Positions 1 through 12,512 of a stretch of DNA of 64,000 bases are shown here, piece after piece. The notes beneath the pieces were generated by a model that was given only the letters and a program-made list of their open reading frames with translations, searched no databases and was not told the origin of the DNA. A program made the translations under genes and the position numbers. Source of the stretch: Mobula hypostoma (Eukaryota); the NCBI RefSeq assembly GCF_963921235.1, contig NC_086109.1, positions 31,498,001 to 31,562,000 of the forward strand, given 5' to 3'. The number at the start of each line of letters is the position of its first letter. The first letter of the stretch is position 1.

Positions 1-300
1 GGAGTAGTGAGAGATGTGATACATCATGGAAGGGATCAAGGTCAAGGGAAGAAATAACATCAAGAAAAGGGCAGCATCAAGGCAATGGACAGCATTGATG
101 GAATGCAACCATGGAAAGAAGGCACAACATCGAAGAGTTAACATTGCAGGATAGCAGCTTTGAGGAAGTGCATTGCATCAAGGTGGCATCATCAAGGAAA
201 GCATAGCATCAAAGGTAAGGGTAGTTTTAAGGGATGGACAAAATTGAGAGATGTGAGGTGATATGGAACAAGGTACTAAAAGCATTGGATCGGAAGGAAG
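1..300. repeat. Degenerate purine-rich minisatellite, ~17-18 nt period (GCAGCATCAAGGGAAG-like)
   Basis: Variants of gcagcatcaagg / acaacatcgaag / gcatagcatcaaagg recur at roughly regular spacing. Confidence 0.45.
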
Positions 301-377
301 GAATTAACTCTGAGGTTTCAATGACATAGAGCGATTTTATGGAGAGAGGGTCAAGACCTTGGCTGAGTTTGATGATA

Positions 378-570
378 ATTCAAAGATTTAAAGTACATTT
401 ATTATCAAAGTTACATACAGTTTACAACTCAGAAATTTATCCTCCCACAGGCAATACAAAACAAAGAAACACTATGGAACCTGTTCAAGAAAGCATCAAA
501 CACCCAACGTCCGAAACAAGAACAAACTGCAAATGCTAAAAGCAAGCGGGAATCACATAGAATATCAAAC
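378..570 (-). mobile_element. 3' tail of Rex1-associated LINE/SINE family
   Basis: ttcaaag..tttattatcaaag motif shared with copies at ~39755, 51374, 56309, 61922 (-) and ~40950, ~57310 (+). Confidence 0.65.
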
Positions 571-2455
571 ATCAGACTAGAGCCTAGTAAGGTGTGGACT
601 ATAAACTGTCAGCATTAGTGTAAAGAATAGTCACTCATTCACCAGGAGGAGGAGAAGCATTGAGGAGAGTACTGGAACAGGGGAAGGGACAGTTTTGGGG
701 TAGTCATTCTGAGGGACTGTATAAATGATTACTATAGGGTCCACTGGATGTACACATGAATGCACTGGGGTCAGAGAGAGGACTTATTATATTATTGGAT
801 CTAAGTGTGGTATAGAAAGGACAAAAACACACAATCAAGGGCCAAAGTGATATGGACTGTGTGGTGGGACAGAGTGGAGTTAGCATTCATTTGTAGAGGG
901 CTAGAATATAAAGGTGGTGGTCTTGGAATATTTTGAACAATTTTGGGCCCTGTATCTCAGAACATGTAGTCTGCATATCAGTCATGTGTGAGAGCTGGCC
1001 TGGAGAGAAAAGACTGGATATTAAGTGAAGGTGTAGGGTAATGTAATTGGTGGAAACATACATAATTCACACATCAACATTGAGTTGGGGTTCACTTTAA
1101 GAGGCTGGTCTGATGTGATGATGTAATTATGCGAGTTTCTGTTATCACGCTCTGTGTTCAGTGTTTGGGGTACAATAAATGATTTGTCATGGTTTTTGTT
1201 TAAACATAAAATACCTTACATCGTCTTATTTGTGAAAACCTAGAAAGATAGCAATCAAATCAAAATCAGAATCAGATTTATTATCACTGACACCTGTCAT
1301 GAAATTTCTTTTGTGGCTGCAGTACAGTGCAAGGCAAAAAGTATTTTAAGAGCATGAATCAGCACATGGAATTACGTTATTGTAGCCATTAGTGAGACTT
1401 GGTTGCAGGAAGGGCAGGGTTGGCAGACCAATGTTACCGGGTTCCATCGTTTTAGATGTGATAAGAGGGCGAGCGGTGGCATTACTGGTCATGGAAAAGG
1501 TCATGGTAGTGCTCAGACAGGACAGGCAAGAGAACTCGTCTAGTGAGGCTTTATGGGTAGAACTGAGGAATAAGAAAGGGATGATCATGTTAATGGGGCT
1601 ATTTTACAAACCGTCCAACAGCCCCCTGGATTTAGAGGAACAAATTGGTAGAGAGATCACAGACTGTTGCAAAAAACATAAGATTGTTGTAGCAGGTGAT
1701 TTTAACTTTCTACATATTGAATAGGACTCCCATTTTGTAAAAAGATTAGATGGGATAGATTTGTCAAATGTGTTCAGAAAAGTTTCCTTATTAAGTACAT
1801 AGAGGTCATAACAAGAAAGTGTGAAATACTTGATCTCCTATTAGGGATTAAGACAAGGCAGGAGATAAAAGTTTGTGTGGAGGAACACTTTGCATCTGTT
1901 GATCATAATGCCATAAGCTTCAAGGTAAATTTGGAAAAAGAATGGGTTGGTCCACAGGTTGAGATTCTAAATTGGAGAAAGGTCAGTTTTGACAGTATTA
2001 GAAAGTATCTGGCGAGTATGGATTGGGACAAGCTGCATTATGGCAAATGTGTACTGGTAAATGGTAGGCAATCAAAAGTGTACAAGTGAGAGTATAAAGC
2101 TTGTATGTGCCTGTCAGAATAAAAGGTAAAAATAGCAGGTTTAGGGAACCTTGGTTTTTAAAAGATACTGAGGCCCTGGTTAAGAAAAAAAAAGGAGCAT
2201 AGTAGGATAGACATGGACTGATTAGGTATAGTCAAATAGGGACTGATAGAAATAGCATAGCTTTGTGCATGGTAGGTCGTACCTAACCAACATTATAGAG
2301 TTTTGAGGATGTTACCAGGAAAGTTGATAAAGACAAGGCAGTGGATATTGCCTACATGGACTTTAGCAAGGCATTTGACAAGGTCCCACATGGAAGATTG
2401 GTCAACAAGATTCAGTTGCTTGGCATTTAAGATGAGCTAGTAAATTGGATTAGAC

Positions 2456-3070
2456 ACGCAAACACGAGGAAATCTGCAGATGCTGGAAATTCAAGCAACA
2501 CACACAAAATGCCGATGGAATGCAGCAGACCAGACAGTATCCATAGGAAGAAGCACAGTCGATGTTTCGGGCCGAGACCCTTCGTCAGGACTAACTGAAA
2601 GAAGAGATAGTAAGAGATTTGAAAGTGGGAGGGGGAGTGGGAGATCCAAAATGATAGGAGAAGACAGGAGGGTTGATTGGCAAAAGGGATACAAGGCTGT
2701 AGAGGGGAGAAGATCATGGGATGGGAGGCCTAGGGAGAAAGAAAGGGGGAGGGGAGCACCAGAGGAAGATGGAGAGCAGGCAAGGAGTTATTGTGAGAGG
2801 GACAAAGAGAGAAAAAAGGAAAAGATAATAAGTAAGTAAAGAAATAAATAAATAAACAAGGGATGGGGTAAGAATGGGAGGAGGGGCGTTAACGGAAGTT
2901 AGAGAAGTCAATGTTCATGCCATCAGGTTGGAGGCTACCCAGACGGAATATAAGGTGTTGTTCCTCCAACCTGAGTGTGGCTTCATTGTGACAGTAGAGG
3001 AGGTCATGGATAGACATATCAGAATGAGAATGGGACGTGGTATTAAAATGTGTGGCCACTGGGAGATACT
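2456..3070 (-). mobile_element. Penelope-like element 3' fragment: GIY-YIG endonuclease C-terminus + terminal repeat
   Basis: ORF 2889-3113(-) PVATHFN..SHSHSDMS..RLEEQHLIFRLGSLQPDGMN; hammerhead-bearing terminal repeat downstream. Confidence 0.85.
2556..2593 (-). ncRNA. Minimal type I hammerhead ribozyme motif in PLE terminal repeat
   Basis: Minus strand AGUC-CUGACGA-A-GGGU(CUCG)GCCC-GAAAC-AUC-GACU: conserved core, stem I AGUC/GACU, stem II; ACGU decayed to ACAU. Confidence 0.8.
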
Positions 3071-4397
3071 GCCTCTCTGACAGGAAGCCTGAGACTAATA
3101 GAGTGCCGCACATGGATTGGGGCTGGGTCTGTTGTTGTTTGCCATCTAAATCAATGATCTGGATGAAAATGTGGTTAACTGGATCAGCAAAGTTGTGGAA
3201 GACACCAAGATTGGGGGCATAGTTGACAGCAAGGAAGATTATCAGAGGTGGGAGCAGGATTTGGAGCAGCTGGAAAAGTGGGCTGAAAAATGGCAGGTGG
3301 AATTAAATGCAGACCAACGTGAGGTTTTGCACTTGGGTAGGACCAACCAGCCTTGAATTGGTTGAAGTAGACATCAGCAGAGAAATAAATTGATGCAAAT
3401 ACACATTAATGAACGGATCCTCTGTGGAAGGAGGTAAAGGAGAGATCAGTGGAAGGAAACAACATTATCCAATAAGGATTCATTGGCACAAGAATATATT
3501 ATTAGTAGTATTCAGTGATGGAATTTTCATCAGTGAAAGTAATCAGCAACAGAAGGAATTATTTAAACAGTTCTCTTTGAATCTATACTGATGCTTTCAC
3601 TCCCAAGCTAGAAAATGAGGGATGCTGAAAGAAAACAACATCAAGGCTGTCATAATTTTTCCCTAGTTGGCATCAAGAAGTCACAGGGATCTTTGTTTAT
3701 ATATCCATGCTGGCTCAAGAAAGAAAGTCTTCAAAATTGCGTAAGTGAATTGCTCCATATTGAACATCAGAAAATTAATTTTACATTGTACCTATCAAAC
3801 GATAGCATTCAGAACTTGAATTTTATAGCAACGTACTGTGTTACTACTAGGGAAAGATATAATTGTATTGAAAGCCAGAATACTACAGTCTGAGTCACTT
3901 CAGAGACACGACAGTAACACTTGGCTTACATAAGTGAAGCCACATTAATAGGATTCTTTCATTACATAAGGATTATACAAAATCTAAAAGAAGTACGCAT
4001 GGATGCTTATATTATTACATTTTTTACAGTGCTTGGACAATATTTTGGAAATTGCTCCTCAAATTCAGTTTATGAAAAAGAAAGCACGTTTGGTAGCTGG
4101 TCATCCAAGCAAAAGTGCCCAATAGCATTGGTAAGAACAGCAGAGTATTATAGGTGCAGCCAAGCTAGTAGTTTAATCTCCATAAAATTAACTATAAATA
4201 TGCATTGTATTTCTTAAAACTAGACTTACCAACTATATTTTTAGTTTGGGAATGTCCAAAATAAAATGATGAAGCTGTGTTTCAATACACAGCCTATACC
4301 CTGATTCAAGCCTGTGAGGTAGGTAGTTCTGCCCAGCACATTTTGAAGAGCACCAAGCCATTCTGCCACTCTGTTACCTATTTCTGTCCAGAACAAA

Positions 4398-4660
4398 AAC
4401 TGGTTACAGCCTCAGAATACAAGGACATCCCTTTAGAACAGAGGTGAAGAGGCGCATCTAAGGACAGCTCCGGAGGATAAGCCATTGAGTATGTTTAAGG
4501 CAAAGTTTGGTAGGTTCTTAATTCTTAGATGTAAAAGGTTAAGGGAAGAAGGCAAAAGAATGGGCTTGCGAGTGATAACAAATCAGCTATGATGGAATGG
4601 CAGAGCAGAGGTAATGGCCTGAATGGCCTAACTGCGCTCCTAAGCCTTATGGTCTTATGG
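4398..4660 (+). mobile_element. CR1 LINE 3' end fragment
   Basis: gaatggcctaactgcgctcct..cttatggtcttatgg tail; reverse-complement match to CR1 ends at ~20085 and ~44080. Confidence 0.75.
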
Positions 4661-5055
4661 GTACCCAAAGCAAGCCCACAGGGACAGAGGGTCTGTAGAT
4701 TTCCAGAACTTCCTACTAAAATTGTTTTACAAAGAAGAGAAAATCTGCAGATGCTAGAAATCTGAATAACACACACAGAATGCTGGAGGAACTCAGCAGG
4801 CCAGACAACATTTACGGAAAAAAGTACAGTCGACATCTTAGGCCGAAACCCTTCGGCAGGACTGGAGAAAAAAAGCTGAGGAGTAGACATAAAAGGTCGG
4901 GGGAGGGGATAGAGAACCACCAGGTGATAGGTGAAACCAGGTGAAGTAGAGAGCTGGGAAGTTGATTGGTGGAAGAGACAGAAAGCCATGGAAGAAAGAA
5001 AAAGGGGGAAGGAACACCAGAGGGAGGTGATGTGCTGGCAAAGAGATGAAGTGAG

Positions 5056-5284
5056 TGTGGTAAACCATGTATATATGTTGTAACTCGGTTACCTGTCTGG
5101 ACACACCCCTCTGCTGACTGCCCCTGTGGCTCCTCCCACAGAGTCCTGAATAAAGGTGTTCGCCTTGCCCCTCCCCCTCAGTCCGGGGGCAGGCACTCAC
5201 TGTGGAGGTCGTATTGTACAGTGAATAAAAGCCTTTCAGTATTTTACCAAACCTCAGTCTTTTGGAGTAATTGAAGGTGCTTCA
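5056..5284 (+). mobile_element. Solo LTR, 229 bp
   Basis: TG...CA ends, AATAAA motifs, 5-bp TSD GTGAG (5051-5055/5285-5289); sister copy at 42668-42896. Confidence 0.85.
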
Positions 5285-5394
5285 GTGAGAGAGGGAAAAG
5301 GGGATGGGAAATGAGGAAGGGAGGCAGTTGGGGGGCATTACCAGGCAGTTTACATACTATCACCTCTGATAAAGTTAAATTAAGTGATATGAGT

Positions 5395-5670
5395 GGTATA
5401 GCCGCAAGGCAGTGGATGTTTGAGATCAGAGTTTTCTTTCTCCTAAATGAGCTGCCAGCCACAACTGATGAGCCCCATCTGCCGGAAGCAAGCACCAGTA
5501 ACCCGCCTTTGCCCCTTCTCCTATCAGTAGAAGCAGTTTTGCTGAGCTCTGTTGCTAAGCCACACATGAAGCCCAGGAGCTGGACTTGGTCTATTTGAGA
5601 TGCATGATATTGAGAGCATTTAATACATACTCGGAGTTTACCCCCTCTACCAACCCCAGCTTTAACAACC
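5395..5670 (-). mobile_element. 5'-UTR-like fragment of RTE-derived non-autonomous element
   Basis: Aligns with 19830-20080 and 22660-22706. Confidence 0.6.
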
Positions 5671-6293
5671 TGAAGCAACCAGAATATGAGGAGTTGTTCC
5701 TCCACATGCGTGTGAATTCATTGTGGCAGTAGACAAGGCCACACGTAGATGCTGCCTGACTTACTAAGCTCCTCAAGCATTGTGTATGTATTGCTCAAGA
5801 TTTCCAGCATCGTCAGAATCTCTTGTGTTCAAAATCATTTTTGTTCTTTATACTTCTGATATGTTTTGTTTACTTGCACTATTGGCTGCAGTTTGATTTG
5901 TTATTCAACAATTGTACTCTGTTGCTTAAAGTACATTCTCATACTTAATGGAACTTGTCAACTCTTTCCCCATTCACTGGAGTACAAGGGACGCCAAAAT
6001 AAATTGCATTACACTGCAATCAGCCTATTCTTTTGAAAGGAGCCTGACCTTGCATACATGAAGTAGGGGCTCAGATCTTACAACTGAATAAAATAACATT
6101 TGCTCAGATCAGTGGACAGAATGAAGAGGATTGTTAGCAGTTTCTGAATTGTTTAATTTCTGCAACACAAGCAAGTGGGTGAAAGTGATTTTAATCCTTA
6201 AATTGTGTAAATTATGACATGATTTGTTTGGACAATTAGATTAATATATTGCACGTCTTCAGAAAGCATTAAAGAAGTTTTTCCATTGATCTA

Positions 6294-6489
6294 CAAACAA
6301 GAGAAAATCTGTAGATGCTGGAAATCAAAGTAATACACACAAAATCCTGGCAGAACTCAGCAGGCCAGGCAGTATCAATGGAAACGAGTAAATGGTCGAC
6401 ATTTTGGTCAGAGTCCCTTCAGACCGGTCACTCTTTTCCATAGATGCTGCCTGGCCTGTTGAGTTCCTCCAACATTTTCTGTGTATTAC
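6294..6489. mobile_element. Fold-back PLE terminal-repeat element
   Basis: Inverted arms (~6330-6390 vs ~6430-6489); perfect 13-bp TSD TTCCATTGATCTA (6281-6293/6490-6502). Confidence 0.85.
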
Positions 6490-6837
6490 TTCCATTGATC
6501 TAAATGTAATTTGCATTCTCTGAATGTCTTTAAGAATTTCACCATTAGTAGATAGTTTTTATTTAATAGTAGAGTGCCTCAACCAAATTAAATGGTAATA
6601 TCTTGTATAGTGACTAAACCATTCGTTTGTTGGGAATGTTGATTACAAGCTAAATTTTGTCTAGAGTACTAGAAAAATCCACTCCTCTTCTTTAAAACTG
6701 AATATGTAGCATTTTTGTAGTGGCCTTTTTTGAGAATGTGGAAAGCATGAACTTAAGTTGTCCTCACCATCATCATGCCAACTGCTCCCAGATATTAGAT
6801 TCCACCTGATGTCTAAAGTGGGATTTTTCTTTTTTTT

Positions 6838-7475
6838 AGATTATGATGACATGCAGTCCTCTTTTATTGTCATTTAGTAATGCATACATTAAGAAATGAT
6901 ACAACATTCCTCCAGTGTGATATCACAGAAACACAAGACAGCCCAAGACTGAAAAACTGACAAAAAACACATAATTATAACATATAGTTACAACAGTGCA
7001 AGCAATACCGTGATTTGATAGAAGAACAGACCATGGGCACGGTATAAAAAAGTCTCAAAGTCTCTCGAAAGTCCCAACATCTCACTCAGTCGGTAGAAGG
7101 AAGAAAACTCTCCCTGCCATGAGCTTCCAGCGCCACAAACTTGCCGATGTAGCATCCTGGAAGCACCCAACCACAGTCCGACTGAAAACTTCGAGCCTCC
7201 GACCAGCCCTCCGACACCAAGCATCGAGCACCATATCTGCCGAGCGCTTCGACCCCAACCCCAGCTGCCAGCAACAGGCAAAGCCGAGGATTTGGGGTCT
7301 TCCCTCCAGAGATTCTCGATCACACAGTAGCAGCAGCAGCGAACGGGGCATTTCAGAAGTTTCTCCAGATGTTCCTTCATGCCTCTAACGTCCGTCTCCT
7401 ATTTAATAAATACGATATCATTTCACTGGAGAGGCTGCGCGCGCTGCATCGCGCCGCCATCTTCTCCTCCCTCCT
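6838..7475 (-). mobile_element. Non-autonomous non-LTR element (CpG-rich AAGATGGCGGCG head, LINE-type tail)
   Basis: Minus 5' end aggagggaggagaagatggcggcg; 3' ~270 bp nearly identical to 34305-34575. Confidence 0.7.
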
Positions 7476-7787
7476 ATCAATCCAGTCATTGAATATATTC
7501 CAAAGATTGTAGTATATCATTGTAATTCTTAAATACATATCCCGTGAGACTATTATCTGTGGAGGAAACTTGAAAATTTAATAGATACTTATTTAAGTCT
7601 GGCCTTTCTGCCTCATGTAAAATATGTACTTATTGAACATTGAATGACTAATTTCAATCACAAAAATAGTTTTATTTCTGAATACAGCAGCAGAACAATG
7701 CTGCCAGCTTTTTAGGATTGATCTCAATCAATGTTCAGCATGGTTTGTTACTCCATCAAGAAACTGTTCCTATTCTGTCTTGATAAT

Positions 7788-8015
7788 ACAATGAAATGCT
7801 GGAGGATCTCAGCAGATCAGGCAGGATCTGTGGAAAGAAACTAAAAGTCAATGCCTTGGACTGAGACACCCATCAGGACAAACCCTTCATCCTGATCTCG
7901 GCCTGAAATATTGGCTATTTATTCCTCTCCATAGATGCTGCTTTACCTGCAGAATTCCTCCATCATTTTGTGTGTGTTACTTTGAGTTATCAGCATCTGC
8001 AGAACCTTCTGTGTT
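7788..8015. mobile_element. Fold-back PLE terminal-repeat element (older)
   Basis: Inverted arms with hammerhead remnants; TSD tgtcttgataat/tgtctttataat (7776/8016). Confidence 0.7.
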
Positions 8016-8147
8016 TGTCTTTATAATCATTTTTAGCACATTCCTTCTAGGAGGAAAATACACAGTATGCTGGCTTCTCTTGATTCAAGTAACTCCAGAG
8101 CTGATTCCTCTGAAACAAGAGAGTAGATCATGCATTTACAATGAGAA

Positions 8148-9620
8148 TACTGCAGAGGCCCTGGCAAAGATATTTAAAAATTCCTTTGCTATGGTGAGGC
8201 GCTGGAGGATTGGAGGATAGCTAAAACTGTTCCATAGATTAAGAAACTTGCAAAAATAAGACAGGAAATTATAGGCTGGTGAGCCTGACATCAGTAGTGG
8301 GAAGGTTATTGGAAGTTATCCTGAAGGGACCAGATATATAATTATATGGATGGACGAGGATTGATTAGGGATAGTGAACATGGCTTTGTGTGTGGTAAGT
8401 CATGTGTAACCGATCTTATAGAATTTTTCAAGGAAGTTACAAGGAAAGTTGATGAAGGCAAGGCAGTGGATATTGTCTACATGGACTTTAGTAAGGTCTC
8501 ACATGGGAGGTTGGTCAAAAAATTTAAGAAAGAAGTTAAGGTAGTAAATTGGATTAGACATTAGCATGGATTCGCAGAAGTTGCCAGAGTGTGGATGTAG
8601 ATGGTAACCCCTCTGCCTGAAGGCCTGTGACTTGTGGGGTGCCGCAGCAACTGGTGCTCGGACCATTGTTGTTTTTCATCTATACCAGCAATCTGTATGA
8701 TAATGTAGTAATTTGGATCAACAATTTTATATATAACACCAAAAACAGGATGTAGTGAATAGTGAGGAAGACTATCAAAGCTTGCAATGGGATCTGGAGC
8801 ATCTGGAAAAATGGGTTAAAAATGGCAGGTGGAATTTAATGCAGACAAGTGTGAGATGTTGTACCTTGGGAGGACTTACCCGGGAGGTCTTACATGATGA
8901 GCAGTAGGGCACTAAGGTATGTGGTAGACAATGGGATTTGGGAATACAGATCAATAATTTCTTGAAAGTCGTTTCACAGGTGGATAGGGTCTTAAAGAAA
9001 ACTTTTGGCACATTGTTCTTCATAAATCAAGTACAGGAGTTAGGATATTATGTTGAATTTGCATAAAATGTTAATGAGGCCTAATATGGAGTATTGTGTG
9101 CAGTTTTGGTCACCTACTTGTAAGTATAAATAAGTCTGAAAGAGTGCAGAGAAAATTTAAAAGGATGTGACCGGGTCTTGAGGACCTGAGTTATAGTGAA
9201 AGATTGAATAGGTTAGAAATTTATTTCCTAGTATGTAGAAGATTGAGGGGAGATTTGGTGGAAGCATACAAAATTCTGATGACTATAGATAGGGTAAATG
9301 CAAGCAGTCTTTTTCCACTGAGATTGGATGAGGCTGCAGCTAGAGGTCATGGGTTAAGGATGAAAGGTGAAATGGCTAAGGGGAACATGAAGGGGTGTTT
9401 TTTCTTGCAGAAGGTGGTGAGAGTGTGGAACGAGCTAGCAGCACAAGTTATGGATGCAGGATTGACTTCAACACTTAAGAGAAATTCGGATAGGTACATG
9501 GATGGGAGAGGTATGGAGGCCTGTGGTCTGTGTGCAGGTCGATGGGATAAGTTAAATTAATAGTTCAGTACAGATTAGATGGGCTGAAGGGCCTTTTTCT
9601 GTGCTGTAGCATTCTATGAC
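8148..9620 (+). mobile_element. CR1 LINE, RT domain to 3' end, degenerate
   Basis: HGFVCGKSCVTDLIEFF, VYMDFSK, RRLRGDLVEAYKI, VVRVWNEL; gggctgaagggcc..tctgtgctgta tail. Confidence 0.9.
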
Positions 9621-10080
9621 AGAAATCTCTGCTTGATGTTCTATGGACGGCTGTTCCTTCCCCACAATTTGCTCCAGGTTTAGGCTGGCAGAGGTTTAAC
9701 CAATCTGAAAATAGTGAAGACATCTAAAACATGACACTTTGGATTCCCTGGGGTTCTACTCCCTCCTGGGTATGAGGATAAACTACATCCAGCTGTGGAG
9801 CATTTGCTTTGGGTAATAAGGTTACCATTAACCACAGCTACCTCCAAGTCACCCTTAGGCAAGGTGTAGCACCTGCTAGCCTCCCTACTTGGGTTACAGT
9901 GAAGCCACAGAATGCAGGTGGTGGATGAAGCAGAAGGCAAGCTGTGAGTAACACAATTGATGGTTCCTGCTTTTCAGACGCTGAGCAGTAGATCCTTTTA
10001 ATAGGACAATGGTCAGGGTCACCCATCTTGTAAAGACACTGCAATGGAAGCAAACAAGGGGAAGCTACTTCTTGTATTTT

Positions 10081-10537
10081 ATAGTCATAGTTCTAGTCAT
10101 ACTTTATTGATCCCGGGGGAAATTGGTTTTCGTTACAGTTGCACCATAAATAATTAAATAGTAATATGTAAATTATGCCAGGAAATAAGTCCAGGACTAG
10201 CCTATTGGCTCAGGGTGTCTGACCCTCCAAGGGACGAGTTGTAAAGTTTGATGATCACAGGCAGGAATGACTTCCTATGACGCTCAGTGTTGCATCTCGG
10301 TGGAATGAGTCTCTGGCTGAATGTACTCCTGTGCCCAACCAGTCCATTATGTAGTGGATGGGAGACATTGTCCAAGATGGCATACAACTTGGACAGCATC
10401 CTCTTTCCAGACACCCCACTGTCAGAGAGTCCAGTTCCATCCCCACAACATCACTGGCCTTACGAATGAGTTTGTTGATTCTGTTGGTGTCTGCTACCTT
10501 CAGCCTGCTGCCCCAGCACACAACAGCAAACATGATC
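10081..10537 (-). mobile_element. 5'-truncated Rex1/Babar LINE nested in the RTE
   Basis: HPLHN..STFSQRLIPPRCNTERHRKSFLP; tail gatcaataaagtatgactagaactatgactat (minus). Confidence 0.85.
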
Positions 10538-11092
10538 GCATATCCCTAGTACAACCATGGTTAATACATACACAGATGTAAAAGACAACAACGTAAATGG
10601 CAGCCCACTTCCAAATAGTGCAGACACCTCGCTCGGTACGGGATATCATGTAAACAGACAGGTGAACCTGGATCGTCATACCACTACTGTCTGCAAGAAC
10701 AAAAGACTGTGAATTGCCACTTGGAATGTTCGAACCCTGCACCAAGCTGGTAAGTTAGAAAATGTAAAATTAGAAATGAAGAGGCTAGAAGTCAGCATCC
10801 TAGGCCTAAGTGAAATAAGATAGAAAGGCACTGGAGTATTTCAATCAGACGATTACAGAATGATATATCTGTTAGAGATAAACATGAAAAGGGTTTTGCA
10901 ATCATCTTAGACAAAGAAACATCCAAGAGCCTGCTAGGATACTGACATATCTCAGACAGAATGATGCTAATCAAACTAAAAGGACAACAAAACAATATCT
11001 CATCATCCAAGTATATGCACCCACAATGGTAAGCTCAGAGGGAGAAACTGATGCTTCTACCACTCCCTAGACAAAGCACTAGAAGAATGCAA

Positions 11093-11806
11093 ATAGTCAT
11101 AGTCATAGTCATACTTTATTGATCCCGGGGAAAATTGGTTTTTGTTACAGTTGCACCATTAATAATAAATAGTAATAAAACCATAAATAGTTAAATAGTA
11201 ATATGTAAATTGTGCCAGGAAATAAGTCCAGGACCAGCCTATTGGCTCAGGGTGTCTGAACCTTCAAGGGATGAGTTGTAAAGTTTGATGGCCACAGGCA
11301 GGAATGACTTCCTATGATGCTCAGTGCTGCATCTCGGTGGAATGAGTCTCTGGCTGAATGTACTCCTGTGCCCACCCAGTACATTACGTAGTGGATGGGA
11401 GACATTGTCCAAGATGGCATGCAACTTGGACAGCATCCTCTTTTCAGACACCACCGTCAGAGAGTCCAGTTCCATCACCACAACATCACTGACCTTACGA
11501 ATGAGTTTGTTGATTCTGTTGGTATCTGCTACCCTCAGCCTGATGCCCCAGCACACAACAGCAAACATGATAGCACTGGCCACCACAGACTCGTAGAACA
11601 TCCTCAGCATTGTCCGGCAGATGTTAAAGGACCTTGGTGTCCTCAGGAAATAGAGACGGCTCTGACCCTTCTTGTAGACAGCCTCAGTGTTCTTTGACCA
11701 GTCCAGTTTATTGTCAATTTGTATCCCCAGGTATTTGTAATCCTCCACCATATCCACACTGACCCCCTGGATGGAAACAGGGTCACCGGTACCTTAGCTC
11801 TCCTCA
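11093..11806 (-). mobile_element. 5'-truncated Rex1/Babar LINE nested in the RTE (same subfamily as 10081)
   Basis: ORF 11239-11757 YKYLG..KKGQSRLYFLR..SFLPVAIKLYN; (ATGACT)n tail; splits RTE codons EECK|SQEAIIVMG. Confidence 0.88.
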
Positions 11807-12512
11807 CAAGAAGCCATCATAGTCATGGGCAACTTCAATGCAAAAGTTGGTGAGGGAAGAGGAGACCATATTGTTGGAGACCAGGGATTGGGAGAAAGAA
11901 ATGAAAGAGGAGAAAATCTTATATCATGCTGTAAAACAATCAGATAATCACCAAAACTTGGTTCAAACAACATCCAAGAAGGAAATGGACATAGAGAGCC
12001 CAGATGGGAACAACAAAAATCAGATCGACTACATAATAATCAATAACAGATTTAAAAGCTCGATAACTCAATCTAAAAGCTACCCTGGAGCAGACTGTGG
12101 AAGCCACCGCATACCAGACATTTGCAAAATGAAAATAAAGATGAGAAAATTAAAGAAACCAAAAAGATCAGAACCACTGGATTATCAACAACTACAAAAC
12201 AACCCTCATCTGAAAACAGAATACACGATCAAGGTGAAAAATTGTTTTGAATTGCTGCAGGATGAAGGAGGCAAGTCTTCCTGGGACATACTGAAGGAAT
12301 CTATGATTGAAGCTGCAAAAGAAACTATCTCACAAAAAGAATGGAAAAGTAAGAAGAAATGGATAACTGAAGATATAATACAATTGATGCAACAAAAACA
12401 GACCATCAAACCAAGAGGCAGCGAAGAATACAAACAACTTGATAAGACAATAAAAAGAAAATGCAGAGAAGCTAAAGACAGATGACTAAATGAGAAATGC
12501 TCAGAGATAGAA

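Larger units (their letters stand above)
1345..3352 (+). mobile_element. CR1 LINE ORF2 remnant (APE endonuclease + partial RT), internally deleted, interrupted by a PLE
   Basis: EALWVELRNKKG..VVAGDFN, DHNAISF, YMDFSKAFDKVPH, DTKIGG..LEKWAEKWQ motifs; stops and frameshifts. Confidence 0.9.
4729..5830 (-). mobile_element. PLE fragment with inverted terminal repeat, split by a solo LTR and an RTE-derived fragment
   Basis: Terminal repeat with degenerate hammerhead 4826-4864; EEQLLIFWL remnant ~5675-5745; inverted copy 5746-5830; decayed TSD aaaattgtttt (4718)/aaaatcatttt (5831). Confidence 0.75.

Noticed and set aside
3667..3740. Possible 74-nt exon (ttttccctag|...|gtaagt)
   Set aside because: No recognisable peptide in any frame and no partner exons; such site pairs occur by chance in 64 kb.
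9800..10075. HDV-like ribozyme in the BovB-like RTE 5' UTR
   Set aside because: I could not build a consistent P1/P2/P3/P4 fold by eye.
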